DNA of 58,114 bases, filler included, from Sphacelaria rigidula (Eukaryota): assembly GCA_964200075.2 (NCBI GenBank). It is 6 parts of 6 records of this genome, joined end to end, with 100 filler letters (N's around TTAATTAATTAA, not from the genome) between each part and the next. Parts side by side here need not be neighbours in the genome. Positions count along the whole stretch, not along the records: positions 19,408 to 29,009 come from CAXNAA020008119.1; positions 29,110 to 38,711 come from CAXNAA020008120.1; 4 more parts are not named here. One strand, given 5' to 3'. The first letter of the stretch is position 1; the number at the start of each line of letters is the position of its first letter. The notes below the pieces were generated by a model that was given only the letters and a program-made list of their open reading frames with translations, had not been told where the DNA came from and made no database searches. Positions 26,081 to 37,985 of the stretch are shown one piece after another. The translations under genes and the position numbers were made by a program.

Positions 26081-27179
26081 CCCTTTGAGAACCCTCCCGT
26101 CCCGTCCCCGGTCCAGACGCCTCATTATTTCAAGCGCTGACAAAGAAGAAAGTATGGGGAAAGAACATACCGACAACAACCATTTTGACGGCGGGAGGCC
26201 ACAGAAGATTCCGACATGCATACGTCATGCTCCGACCGAAAATATCGCCCCGGTGTGGTCGGATTAGTTTTATCCAGTGAGGGGACGCAACGGGTGAAGT
26301 GTGTTCAACTTTGTGCACACAGCAAGAATCAGCATCGCGGCCTCTGAATTCCATACAACAAAAATCAGCACCACCCGTACATTCTCTTTATATTGAGTCC
26401 GGTGTGGCACTGAGGCACACTTTTTTAACGGCGACGCACCGCACCGGAGTTTTGTCGCGCTGCGGTCCGGAGGTCGTACCCTTCGAACACTTGGCTAGCG
26501 TGCTACAGTAAGCCACATCACAAAGACAAAGTAGTATGGCCGAGCACACAGAAATTCCCTCACCACGCGTGGGAGGATTGAGGTGCGATATTTCCGCGGT
26601 TCATTGCCAGTTGGAGCCGGTCACGCCTTGGGCAAAATAGTGCCGCGTGGAAGCTGCAAACAATCAATCATCCGTCGTTAAAAAAACAGCATCCCGAAAT
26701 CAGCACTTTTCCATCGCCAGTACCAAGACGGTTAATAACAGTCTCCAGTCTAACTTCGACTGGATGAGAGCGGTCACGGAGAACACCACGCGGTGTCTTG
26801 TCCTGTATTTTCCACAGGCGACCGTCAGTGATTCGTTCACCGTCCACGCTTCGTCGCATGACGCATGGCCCTTGTAAACTCGGGCGAGCAATAGGCTCCG
26901 GCGAGCGGTCGTAGGGTCACCATCAGTCACTGTCTCCTTTACACCGCCGCATGCTCGGTGGTGCTAGTACCTATTGTCCGCAGAGACCGCTGTACTGCTG
27001 TATGCAAACTGCCATCTACACCCTACTTATTGTATGCAGACAGTGCAGGCAGTACTGTACTCTCTGCACTGCACGTTATTCCAATCTTTTATTGGTACTA
27101 TACGTACACGGTTGCACATATCCCGCGGCACTGTCAGCCGAAATGTTGTACCGAAATGAGGGGCCCGGTATTCAAAGGG
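26081..27179. mobile_element. Non-autonomous piggyBac-like element (CCCTTT...AAAGGG termini)
   Basis: TCAA|CCCTTTGAGAACC ... GGTATTCAAAGGG|TTGA forms an inverted terminal pair. The first ~450 bp match 51305-51720. An alternative right end GACGG|TTAA lies at 26731. Confidence 0.6.
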
Positions 27180-28016
27180 TTGAGCACGCCCAAAAGTCAT
27201 GATCTCTACCTGACGTTAGAGCAGAAAGTAGGGGGTCAGGCGTGATTGGCCCGACTGGACAAGGACACTAGAGTCCGGCGAATCATCGCCGGTTCGAATC
27301 ATCAAAATTCACGTTTTCTGAGGCCTGATTGCTCCAAAGAGGCGAAAAAAAAGTTGACCGCGGGTCGGAAAAAGTCTCTAAGCAAACTCTGCCCTGTCCC
27401 ACGTTCGTGGGGTGCGCGTACCCAAGGTGCAACGCTGAAAACAAAGCTGAAGGTTTAATTGATTGATTCGTACGGTACGAATCAATCACACTTGAAGCAA
27501 AGCCATTTTGAAGACGAATCATTGTTCGTCCGACGTTTGCAAGGATATACTGTACACATGGTCACGCACGGCATGGTCAGACCAAGTGAACGTCGAAGCT
27601 CTCGCAATGATGGTGTGCACCGCACCAGAGTGTATAGATTACGCCAAGGGTCTAAAATCAAGCAAGCACCGGCTTCGCAGCTATTGCTTGGACGAGTGCC
27701 GCTTGTGGTACGAGTACAGCTTCTTGCCACAAATTAATTTAATCAATAACACTTCATCGCCGTGTCATGTTCTACTCACCTGCTGTACGTCGTGAGGACC
27801 CCCTCCCCCCCTCCCTCCGCCCCCCGCAAACGGTCGCAGAATCACTCGCATATTTGATCTCAACCGGACAGAGCAACTATCACGTGCATGTCATGTGCAC
27901 GTAGGCTACAAAGTCAGCATATTTTGATGTATGAATGGAATGCTTGTGTTTTGTGTGTATAGCGCACTGGCATGTATCTTGACCTATGACGATATATCAC
28001 AAATCCGTGTGGACAG

Positions 28017-28128
28017 GTGCAAAGCCGCGGTGGCGTGGGCCCCGAACGAGCCCCTAAAGGTGGAAGAGATCGAAGTTGCACCCCCCCAAAAGGGAGAGGT
28101 TCGCGTCAAGGTCATCGCGAACGCGCTG
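28017..28128 (+). CDS. ADH5: Class III alcohol dehydrogenase / GSNOR, coding exon 2
   Basis: After acceptor CAG|G it reads TGC AAA GCC... = [37 protein letters not shown], then donor |GTACGT. The exon ends just before the expected CHTD zinc ligand motif. Confidence 0.92.
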
Positions 28129-28510
28129 GTACGTACGTATGTATGTACCTTGGTTTTTGCAAGAACCCTCGCACACCCATCCCCCCCCCTTGAGACCCCT
28201 TGAGAGTATCAGAACAAGGCCTGCGGTGTGAAAACAAGAGCGAATCAAGACTTGAAGTAAGGGGCCTTACAGACTGGAATACGTTATTCACCGCCCCCGA
28301 TTCCCGAAACCTTATTCTGGGCGACATGTGTGTGGGGGGGTACCCGATTTTGGATAGTTGGGTACCCTTCTGATCAGATGGATAATGACGGTAGTAGGTA
28401 CCGTACTGTGCAGCACGTGCATGAACGGCTTTTCCCGGCTTGTGTCGGGCTTGTGTACAAGNNNNNNNNNNGCCTTGTCTGAGCAACGTCTGTATTTGCT
28501 GTGTCTGTAT

Positions 28511-28720
28511 CTGTGTTGTCGTCCCATCTGTTCTGGACGCCAGTCTACACCTTTCGGTATGTTTGGGCGGACGAGCCGGGGTCACACAGGAGGAAGCTCA
28601 ACACAAAAGCTTTTTTATTTTTTATTTGTCCTAGTTTTCCACCTCCCTGCTGCGGTGCTTCTCTTCTTTTTCTTTTATCGACAGAGGGGTTCAGCACTCC
28701 CTTTCCCTCGTTGACCGTGA
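28511..28720 (-). mobile_element. 5'-truncated copy of tRNA-headed SINE family
   Basis: Reverse complement of the 3' part of 39661-40032 (gtcgtcccatct.ttctggacgcc.gtctacacctt.cggtat...cacaggaggaag). Confidence 0.8.
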
Positions 28721-29109
28721 GGTTGAACTCAATTGGAACAGATGATGCCAGCACGAGAAAAGAATACAGAACTGTGAATTGTTGGCTACTTTCTTTGGCG
28801 ACACCATCTTCGCGAGATTATCATTTGTCGCTTCTACCTGTGTTGCTGTGCAGTATGCCGACCTTTAAAGATTGCCCCTCGACAGCTGTTCGGACGCGGG
28901 CACTGCCTAAGACCCACTTTTATGGCAACGAGTCCCGGTTTTTACAAATATGAGGATTTCAGCCCATCTACAGGCGATTTTCTCCCGTGGATTGATTTTT
29001 CGGACCCCANNNNNNNNNNNNNNNNNNNNNNNNNNNNNNNNNNNNNNNNNNNNTTAATTAATTAANNNNNNNNNNNNNNNNNNNNNNNNNNNNNNNNNNN
29101 NNNNNNNNN

Positions 29110-29182
29110 AATAATAATAATAACAATAATAATAGCAATAATAATAGCAATAATAATAGCAATAATAATAGCAATAATAATA
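29110..29182. repeat. (AAT/AGC)n microsatellite
   Basis: aataataat...aatagcaataataatagc array at the scaffold start. Confidence 0.9.
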
Positions 29183-30461
29183 GTGCAGGCAAGAAGTGGG
29201 GTCAGACCAGAAGTGGTCGCCAAACGCGACCAGGACCTCGGGAGATGTTGGACGGTCCTAACATTAGGCTCTTCCTGGCATCACCCCGAGTTGTCTAATT
29301 ACGTCGACATTACAGGGTCCTCGGTGATCTGGTCCTTCCGGACCGTTCCTACCTTGTCCCTGCTTGCGCTAGGTCTGCATACATGTGTGGCATCAGTCTC
29401 TGATGTGTCACTGTAAAGAGGTATCCTTCACATTTCCTCCCCATTGATGCGCCTCAAGCCCATCGAGGCTATGGCTGGTGGGACGAGGCGATCATCAGCT
29501 TCGCTGATGATATAATCATGGAGGTTTCTTTGAGTGAGAATCATTGGTTGAGTCACGCCACCACTAATCGCAGAGGTAGTCGTTCTCTAGAGCTCTATAC
29601 TGTGGTAATGAGTAAGCACCCCCAGTAAATTTTTGCTCTACCTTTTGTCAGTAACAGTGCATGTATTCCAAACCCTCTATTTTTTTTCTGTCATGCAGCT
29701 GTCATATGTGACATGTTTCCATCAGATGTATTTGCACTTGGGTGCTGGTTACATCTGCTGGTATGCATGACTGGACACTAATCGGTCCACATGCGCCTGG
29801 AGTATTCCTGCCCGGGTTCTGGGATACCTTCGGTTCCGCTGACACGGAAATAGCACAACGTCCTCGTGTTAGTAACAAAGCGGTGCATATGATGTTTTCG
29901 GCGTGTGAGCATTGTGCTTTTTTGTCTACACATCGTCGAAATGATCAGCACCCGATTGCTGAAAGGTTATCTTCCTTTGGAAGTTACACTCCAGTCACCG
30001 TTGACATGTCAGATATTTTCCCGTTCATGTCTGCGTTGTTCTAACGTCGTTTTTTGTTCTCTTCTCTTGTGACTCTCCTTGATCTCCGAATTGTGACCCC
30101 GGGTTACTGCTCAACCCTTGAGCGTTTTACTAGGACGTTCGAACAGTCTGTTGAACAGTCACATCCGTTTCCGTTACCCGGTACTTTCGGATTTCGACCC
30201 CGGATGTGAGCGCTTTGCTAACCCGTTGCCATGACGGTATATATTGAGGAGGTGTCTACCTTGTAGTGTTTCATCAGTTCGATAGGTTAGGTCAGCTGCT
30301 GTGCTGTAGCTTTTGAGTCTCATTAATCTCCGAATTTCGACCTCAGGTTACTGTTCAACCCTTGAGCGTTTTGCGAGGACGCTCGAACAGTCTATTAAAC
30401 AGTCACATCCGTTTCTGTTACCCTGTAGTGTTGGATTCCGAGTCCGGATGTGAGCATTCAG

Positions 30462-31350
30462 CTAACCTCTTGTCAAAGTCCGGTGCTGAGCAATGCTACA
30501 GTAGGTCAGGTCAGCCCCTGGGTCGTAGCCCTGGAATCTCAACAGATATTGATAGTTGTAACGACTTCTTCGACCTGGGCCTGGCGCGTGACCTACCACT
30601 TTTCCGACAACGTAATGTTTTGTTGTAGGCAACGTTTCGTGTGGTTGGCCTTTCTGGTAGAGGTATATGTTTGTCTGGGAACCACTCGCTCGATTTATCG
30701 ACATCTGATGCGGGTGGTGTCTCCCGCGGGTGATATTCCTTCAAGTGAGCGGGATGTACTGGCATTTCTTTAGAGTCGTCGCCTATTGTGATTATGTACA
30801 CAAACGGCGCTCGTCTCTCGGTTATAATGAAAGGTCCTCTCCATGGTAACTGGAGTTCGGTTTCGGCCTTCCTGAGTCCTGGTATTTCTTTGGAAAATTC
30901 TTCGGGTGTTGCTGTTTGGCTCTTTTCAGGCATGCCGAGTATAATGTCAGCTGGCGATCTGGGCTGTCTTCTGAACAATAAAAAATACGATGTCTCCCGT
31001 ACTGCACTGTGATAGGGAGTGTTGTACGCCATTTCGGTTCTTTGATTCGAACGCAGCTTTTCCGGGATGTCAAATGCAGTAAAGGCTCTGTCAACTATAG
31101 TTTTGGCTCTATTGATGTGGTCTGTTTTTTCGGCACCGGAATGAGCAAAGCATACCTTGTGAGGTGGTCCAATACGGACAATGCCTATCTAGTACTCCCG
31201 CTTTTGACATTGAAGCTGTTTTTCGTATTCGACTAGGTCTGTCGAAACTCTCTCGTATGACCGTCCTACCGGAACATATCCCATCGCCAACTTTGGGCCG
31301 GTTGTGGACCATTTTTTCGGCGTTGGCAGCCCTGACGTAGCGTGCACATG
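30462..31350 (-). pseudogene. Gypsy integrase core, GPF motif and chromodomain remnants
   Basis: ERVSTDLVEY, VLDHLTRYALLIPVP, FDIPEKLRSNQ, AYNTPYHSAVRETSYFLLFRRQPRSP, WRGPFII...VHPAHLKEY and YVVGKVVGH...YQYLLRFQGY, with frameshifts and stops. Confidence 0.88.
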
Positions 31351-31548
31351 TCCGGAATTGATTGATTGATTGATTGATTATCTCACATTGGCTGATTGCA
31401 ACAATCCAGCCCGTGACCAGGAGCAGCAAAAATAGAACACAATAATATAAAAAAATACAAAAAAGAAAGAAAGAAACAGAAAAACTACAGAATTAACGGC
31501 CTCAGAAAGGAAAGAAAGGGGGCAGCGATAAGAACAAAAACCACCACC

Positions 31549-31580
<32 letters not shown>

Positions 31581-33335
31581 CAACAGGAACGAACAACAAC
31601 AGCAGTAACAACAAAATAACGACAAACACAAACACAAACACAAGCACGAACAAAGACAAAAAAGATGATGATCGCGCATTACGTCGCTGATTGCAACACC
31701 CCAGCTCGTAATCAGAAACAAAAAAGAGAAACATGAAAACAAATGAAATAAAAATGAGAGATACAACATGAAGTTTCTCCGCTCTTGTTTCTTATCATCA
31801 TCATGAAGTTTTCCCGGGGTTTACGTGTGGGCTCGACCGGTTGGCGATTTGTACCGTTCCGTTTTATTCGTCGCCGATTACATGCCTGCTATCCTTGACA
31901 GAATAATGCGCGTGAATGTTTGAGGTACATCAGGCGATCAAGTGTCTCCCTCGGTTATTTTGTGCGGCTCCACGACAGCTGTTGTTGTTATTGACGGGGT
32001 ATTTTCTGTTTCAACTAATGCTGCCATTTTTTGCCGGAACCCTCGGACTTTTTATGGGGGAACCGTCCGCGCTTCTGAGATCGATGGGTCCTGGCGGTCA
32101 TGGTTTTGTATCATCAGCTGCCATGGTGGCCTGTTGTTCATCTGTAAACTTTTGCTGATTCACGGTACATCTGCTGCGGAGTCGATCGTGATTTTTTCCA
32201 GCGAGGGTACCGTTTACTCTGGCTGAAACTCTAACGCGGCTAGTGCACAGGATAGCGCTAGGGGCGCATCCGTATATCTGGCGGGTGATGATGAGTTGTA
32301 TGAGTCATAACGGTGATCGTCCGAGATCGGGTTGCAAAGGGGAGACTGGTGTTTCGATTCGGCATCAACAGCCCCTGCTTATAACATCGCTGTTTTTCTG
32401 GCTGCCGGTTGAAGATTTGTCCGCGCGGAATGTAACGTTACCGATTCATTGGAGTACGGCGGAGAATGTAATATGATGAGAGCCTCCACAAGCTGAGCTT
32501 CAATTTCGGCGATGATAGCCCTTTGTGTGGTGTATTATTTTTCCCGCGGCCGTTCTGACGGCTGCTTAGGAACCCATTCTCATCGTGCTCTTTTCCAGCT
32601 TCTGTTTATAGTGTATACTTTCACATCCCAATTGGGGTTGTTGTGGTGCCCGCCTGGAGGAGTGATTGTACTGACTAGGAAACCCGCTTCTCTCCGATAT
32701 ATATATTTTGTTTCACCAGACGGTTGACACTTTTCTCCATTCCATGCGTACTGAGGTGGGCTGGGATGCGGTAAGACCATCCAATACACCTCCTTCTTCC
32801 GCTTGCTACATGGTGGGGAATGACAAGGTCGTGCATTCGCAGGTTGGGTAACTTATTCGTCAGTGCTATTCCGAGTCACCGCGTTTCCAGAGGTCGGCCT
32901 GCTTAATTATTTACCGTGCCTTTCGCGCGATGGTGGTGGAAGGTTGGTTGATAAGTGTGGACTCGCTGTTTAATCGGCCGTTCTGGAGACATATAATGCA
33001 CGCTGATGGGACTAATTTCGCGTTTTCGCTGTTTGATTAGCCATACAGGTGACATATACTGCGCCCTGAGGAGTCTAACGTCGCGTTTCGCTCTTCGATT
33101 AGTTATGCGGGTGACATATTAATGCACATTGAGGGGGCTAACTTCGCTTTGACCCAAACACCTAACTCCAAAAACCTCTCAACTCGACTAATTAAGCGCA
33201 TGACCCATACGTTTCACCTGGAGTAGCGTTCCTCGGGAGACGCTAGTGTTTCCGGTGTCGGGGAGCAGTCGGTTCCCGTTCCAATTTTTTTCTTGTAAGG
33301 CCTGTCTTACTTGAGTTCTGTTCTGGTGTCGCCAG

Positions 33336-33672
33336 TGTGAGGAAGGCATATCGCTAGAGTAGTCAAAGACCTACGGGGGATACTGCCGTCCTGATGCCGA
33401 AGGAACTCCAAGGCTGGCGATGATTTCCTCTTGTATATGCAGGCAAGAAGTGGGGTCAGACCAGTAGTGGTCGCCAAACGCGACCAGGCCCTCGGGAGAT
33501 GTTGGGCGGTTCTAACGTTAGGCTCTTCCTGGCATCACCCCGAGTTGTCTAATTACATCGACATTACAGGGTCCTCGGTGATCTGATCCTTCCGGAACGT
33601 TCCTACCTTGTCCCTGCTATACATGTGTGGCATCAGTCTCTGATATGTCACTGCAAAGAGGTATCCTCCATA
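33336..33672 (-). repeat. 5' LTR of the Gypsy element (~337 bp)
   Basis: 33438-33672 matches 29185-29432 closely apart from a ~13-bp indel; the PBS is adjacent. Confidence 0.88.
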
Positions 33673-33890
33673 CATACATCATTTCGCATTTTTCACGACT
33701 TTTGCCGAGTTTTCTCTGGCGGCAGGGCATCTTATCACGCGCTTCTTTTTGCAGTGCACGAAGAAGGCGCAGCGGTACATTACCCTTTTGCGCGTGTTCT
33801 GACCATCGAAAGTCGCCCACACTGGCTCTTTTTTGCGGGGGGTCGATCCCAAACCACAAAAGCCTCTTCAATATGATGAAAAACTTCAAA
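33673..33890 (+). repeat. Dispersed repeat with further copies at ~35980-36080 and ~36160-36400
   Basis: The copies share atcatttc.c.ttttt.cac.a.ttttgccgagttttctctg.c.gca.ggcat; two of them also share tgcagtgcacgaagaaggcgcag. Confidence 0.85.
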
Positions 33891-34320
33891 CAGGAACCGA
33901 AACAACAAAAGCCTGTTCATGGCGGGGTATTTCTTTGCGTTCTCGTTGATTCGGGAGCACGAAGACAGCGGTTATGCATCGAATGTCACGAGAACACGAG
34001 AGCAAAGCACTTGGAAACAATTGAACATTACCTTCGTCTTACTCAGCAGCAAAAACAAGACCGTGCAATGAGCCGTTAGCGAGTCGAACAAGGCACACAC
34101 GTGGACGAACGTCCTCACTTTTGGTCAGCAGTGGAGGATCAGTGCAGGGGGGTGCCGAACTTCCTGTGATCGAGCAACCCGTAAGAGAGGGTTCCCTCAA
34201 ATAATGCACCTGTAACCGGCACAGGGATGCCCTTGCGACAGGGATGATAGATATGTCCTTGTGACAAAGATGCATCCCTACACAAGTGCTTCACAAAGGG
34301 AACCTAAAGAAATGTACGTA

Positions 34321-34430
34321 AACGGTGGTTGGTACTATGGAGATGCCACGAACCCTAACGCTAACCCTAACCCTAACATCGACCAAGGCATACCGAGAAC
34401 TCCCGGGCAAGGGGGTGCAGATTGTTTCTT
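34321..34430 (+). repeat. Dispersed element with internal (CCCTAA)n tract; related copies ~38985-39110 and ~46005-46262
   Basis: tggttggtactat.gag.tgcc.c.aaccctaac...gaccaaggcatacc.agaac...gggcaaggg is shared by 34321 and 46005. The downstream part of the 46005 copy also matches ~35290-35450 and ~49785-49885. Confidence 0.8.
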
Positions 34431-37400
34431 AAGGGCCAATATTATCGGCAAAGCTTTTTGGGAAATCACCAAGATTTCAGGCGTTTTCGCACCTGCCGCT
34501 TGGCCTTGAATGCAGCGGCTAGATTTTCCCGCCAAACCTTCACGTTTGGCGAACGCCAAATATTTCGGACCGCAGCGCAATACCCCGCAGAGCTGCCCTT
34601 GGCGGACGCCACGGTGCTCGCAAGCATGCGAGAATCTTCAGGAACCTTGCTATTGACACCCTGGGCTATGCCGTAGAGTAAAAAGCACCGCGGGTTGACG
34701 GTGTCTATTTTCTTAAACCGTGTATGCCCCGGCAGCGGTGTTGGAGCTGTTGGGGCCGAGCACGGTGGTCGTCGTTTGCAGACATACGCACTTTCAAAGT
34801 GAAGAGCAGAAACAATCCAATTGCTACCTACTTGCCTGTAGTGCTGCTACGAGTGTACGCTACTGCACCGTCTGAAAAGTGTAGCTGGTGGTTTGATTTG
34901 GTGCATCTGCGCATACAACTCACAGAAAGCAAGCATGCTGCAATATATGCACGGGGCTTTCTGCAGTCGGTATTTTTAGTCATGTGTGCTCCTGCACAGC
35001 ATCCCGAGAGAGCCGGTCGATCACGCCCTAGCCTGCCCGACTGCCCCCCCGTGTCACAGAGAGGCTGTGAGAAATATATTCACCACTGCTATGAACGCCA
35101 TACACGGGCAGGTAGCATAACCCTGTCCTTTATTTTGCCGGCGAAGGCAAGCAAACGACGAGATCAGCACCATCTACAAGGAGATATCTAACAGCAACAT
35201 TATATCTAGATGGTAACGAGCCTTCGGCGAATGCCGCAATTCCAGTCCTTCTTCCATTTTGTTTATTTGTCGATAATAAAGACCTTAAGTAAAGCGTGCG
35301 TTGCGAGAGCTCAAATCGACGCCTTTGAACCGATTTTGGACTAAAACACGTTGTGGACGACCTGGATCTACTTCTCATCACTGCTCACTTGCACCAAATC
35401 ATGGATTTTCACATAACTTTCTTCAGTCTGAAATCAAGTAAAGTCGAGTACCAATCATCACATAAGAAAATGCGGGTATATGATATGATGGGTGAATTGT
35501 GGCCAAAGGTGTGCAATCGAAGTCGTGACCTGTACACAAGGTGAGATTGATAGTGGAGCGCTGATTGAGAGTGACTTTGGTCATTCGATCTAATATGCCC
35601 GTTTTTTTATTTCGTGCGTGCTTTCCTTTGCCTCCATCACTGACTTGTGCTTATAGTTACACATCGATATCCTACTCGGGGATATCAAGGGCGTCAGTGG
35701 CACGCCACTACAGAAAGCATACCGGGCCTCGCGGAGGGGTATTTCGGAACTGAAACGATTAATTCACTACTTGACCGCTCCCCACTCTCAATCGTATCCT
35801 CTACTCTCAATCTCACAAAACCATTGTTCTGTGTAATTGGAGGATCCCTAATCAGTTGTGCATGTTCGTTCACGTCTCTTTATTTTTCGCGGAAGGCAAT
35901 AAATACCTGCTCGATCGTCGCGGACAAAACGACGACTCGCGCGCTTTTTCTCTATTTATCCAACCCATGTATGTTATATACATGTATCATTTCGCATTTT
36001 TCACCACTTTTGCCGAGTTTTCTCTGCCAGCAAGGCATTTTTTCCCACACGTCCTATTGCAGCGCACTGAGAAGGCATACGAAGTATATTTAATACTTTC
36101 GACTTGCGTCACCCCCGGGAGGCCCGTACCAACCTCCCGAAGGGGAACCTTGTATGTACATGTATCATTTCACTTTTTTCACGAATTTTGCCGAGTTTTC
36201 TCTGGCGGCAAGGCATTTCATCACGCAATTTCTTTTGCAGTGCACGAAGAAGGCGCAGTGGTACACTACCGTTCAGGTTTGGGTGTCATCTGATACCTGT
36301 GGCGCGTGTTCTGGCCATTGAAAGTCGCCCATACTGGCTCTTTTTCGCGGGGTGTCGATCCCGAACAACAAAAGCCTTCCCAGGTTCATGAAAAACTTCG
36401 GGCAGCAGGATGATTGTTGGTGGGGTATTTTCCCCCCGTGTTTCTGTCATGGCTCGATACTCTAGCTGGGAATGGTGCCAGTTCAGTGGGCACCAGGCTA
36501 GTTGCTCAAACACAATCATTAGTATCGAAGCCATTGAGCTCGATTTACTAGGTGGGAGTCAACCCACACACCAATGACCAGGCGCCATGCCCAAGGTTCA
36601 CGCCGACGACAAGACCCATAAAATGCGTGCAGTGCGGGCTGCAGCAAAACACATGAAGGTCAGGCTTACATTGTGTGAAGGCCAAAGGCTCCTCTGAGAT
36701 AGCAGTCCGAGATAGTGTTGATGCTTCTTGTATTATTGGCAACCGGCTGATAGCTGCTACGTGTGCGTTGAGATGAGTTCCCAAAAGACTGTGGCCAAGT
36801 GAGGGCACTCTCGAAATCAACCAGACTCAGAATGGCCCATGACTTGTCGGGCTGGACAACGCAAGAGTATGACACATGGAATCTACTCGACTGGACCATA
36901 ACCGATAAATCCGGAACACACATCATATGTGCCTCGTTGTTTATGTGTACTGGTCGTTTCCGAGGCCGCGATACTGCGATAAAAGGTATTTTCCAGGCAA
37001 CCCCGAAACTCAGCAGCCGCAACTCGTTTTTTTTCATCGCATGAAGATGGCTTTTCCGCCTCGTAGTCACCTTTCGTCAGTCTCTGAAACTCATGCACAT
37101 CCCCACTCGAAATTCATCAACAGCGTACTCAACACGTGAACCAAATTCAGTCTTACAGCTTTGACTACATCCACCAGCTTAGCTACTGGGTTCAACCCCC
37201 TCCCTCTTCGCCCCATTTTGTTTGCCTCGTCCGGCGACAACCCGGCGCGCTCCGTCCCGGCTTTGTAGGGGCGAACCCCTCATGGGGTTGGCGTCGGTTG
37301 GCGAGGACGCCGGCAAAACTCGCCACTTACTGCAAAAGCTAGGTAACTAGGCTACAGATCGTTTTGCGCGCTTGCATTTTATTTCAGTAACCATGGTGTT

Positions 37401-37515
37401 GGTGGAGCTGGATCAAATTGTGCGGGATGGGAGAACCTCAACTCCGCGCGAAGGGGATGATCGTATTACATAGTGTTTAGATGTGGAGGCACCCATAAGG
37501 CAGTGTATAAGTCGT

Positions 37516-37668
37516 GACTGTCTCTGGAAGCGGCGATACTAGAAAATGAAACGACTCATCGTAGGCTGCCATCCAAATGCAAGATAATCAGCAGGCTTGG
37601 GGCCGAACAATCTTCGCAGGATGCAGCTCACCCTTCATGCGACTTGCTGAACACATCACGGCGCTTCG
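37516..37668 (+). repeat. Dispersed repeat, second copy ~43037-43189
   Basis: ctgtctctggaag...gggccgaacaatctt.gca.gatgcagctcacccttcatgcgact...acggcgcttcg occurs in scaffolds 4 and 5. Confidence 0.85.
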
Positions 37669-37985
37669 CGCTTGGTGATTGATTGCGAGCCTATTCCGGC
37701 GAAACCCCCATGTGCTCCGTCCCGGCTTTGTAGGGATGCGATATCAATGGTCTTATGACTATGGCATGCAATATCTTGAGTGCACCCCTCGCCCCATTTT
37801 GGGCTTGTGTTCAAAGTAGGGTGTTGTGCAGTCTTCTCATGGATAATACTTATGATGTATTACCCGTTGCTATCAAGAACATGGTAGTTTGTACCCCCCG
37901 TGTGTAGCTATCGTCGTGTTTTGGCTTTGGGATTCTCCCCATCCCACCTTCGGCCCCGACGCACCGCGATGCATGACGGAAGGGA

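Larger units (their letters stand above)
29185..33672 (-). mobile_element. Internally deleted Gypsy (chromodomain-bearing) LTR retrotransposon
   Basis: Direct LTRs lie at ~29185-29432 (partial) and 33336-33672 (begins TG; left copy ends CA). The PBS TGGCGACACCAG (minus strand, 33323-33334) sits 1 nt from the LTR, and the PPT GGGGAGGAAA is at 29433-29442 on the minus strand. Integrase remnants lie inside, with no recognisable RT. Confidence 0.9.
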
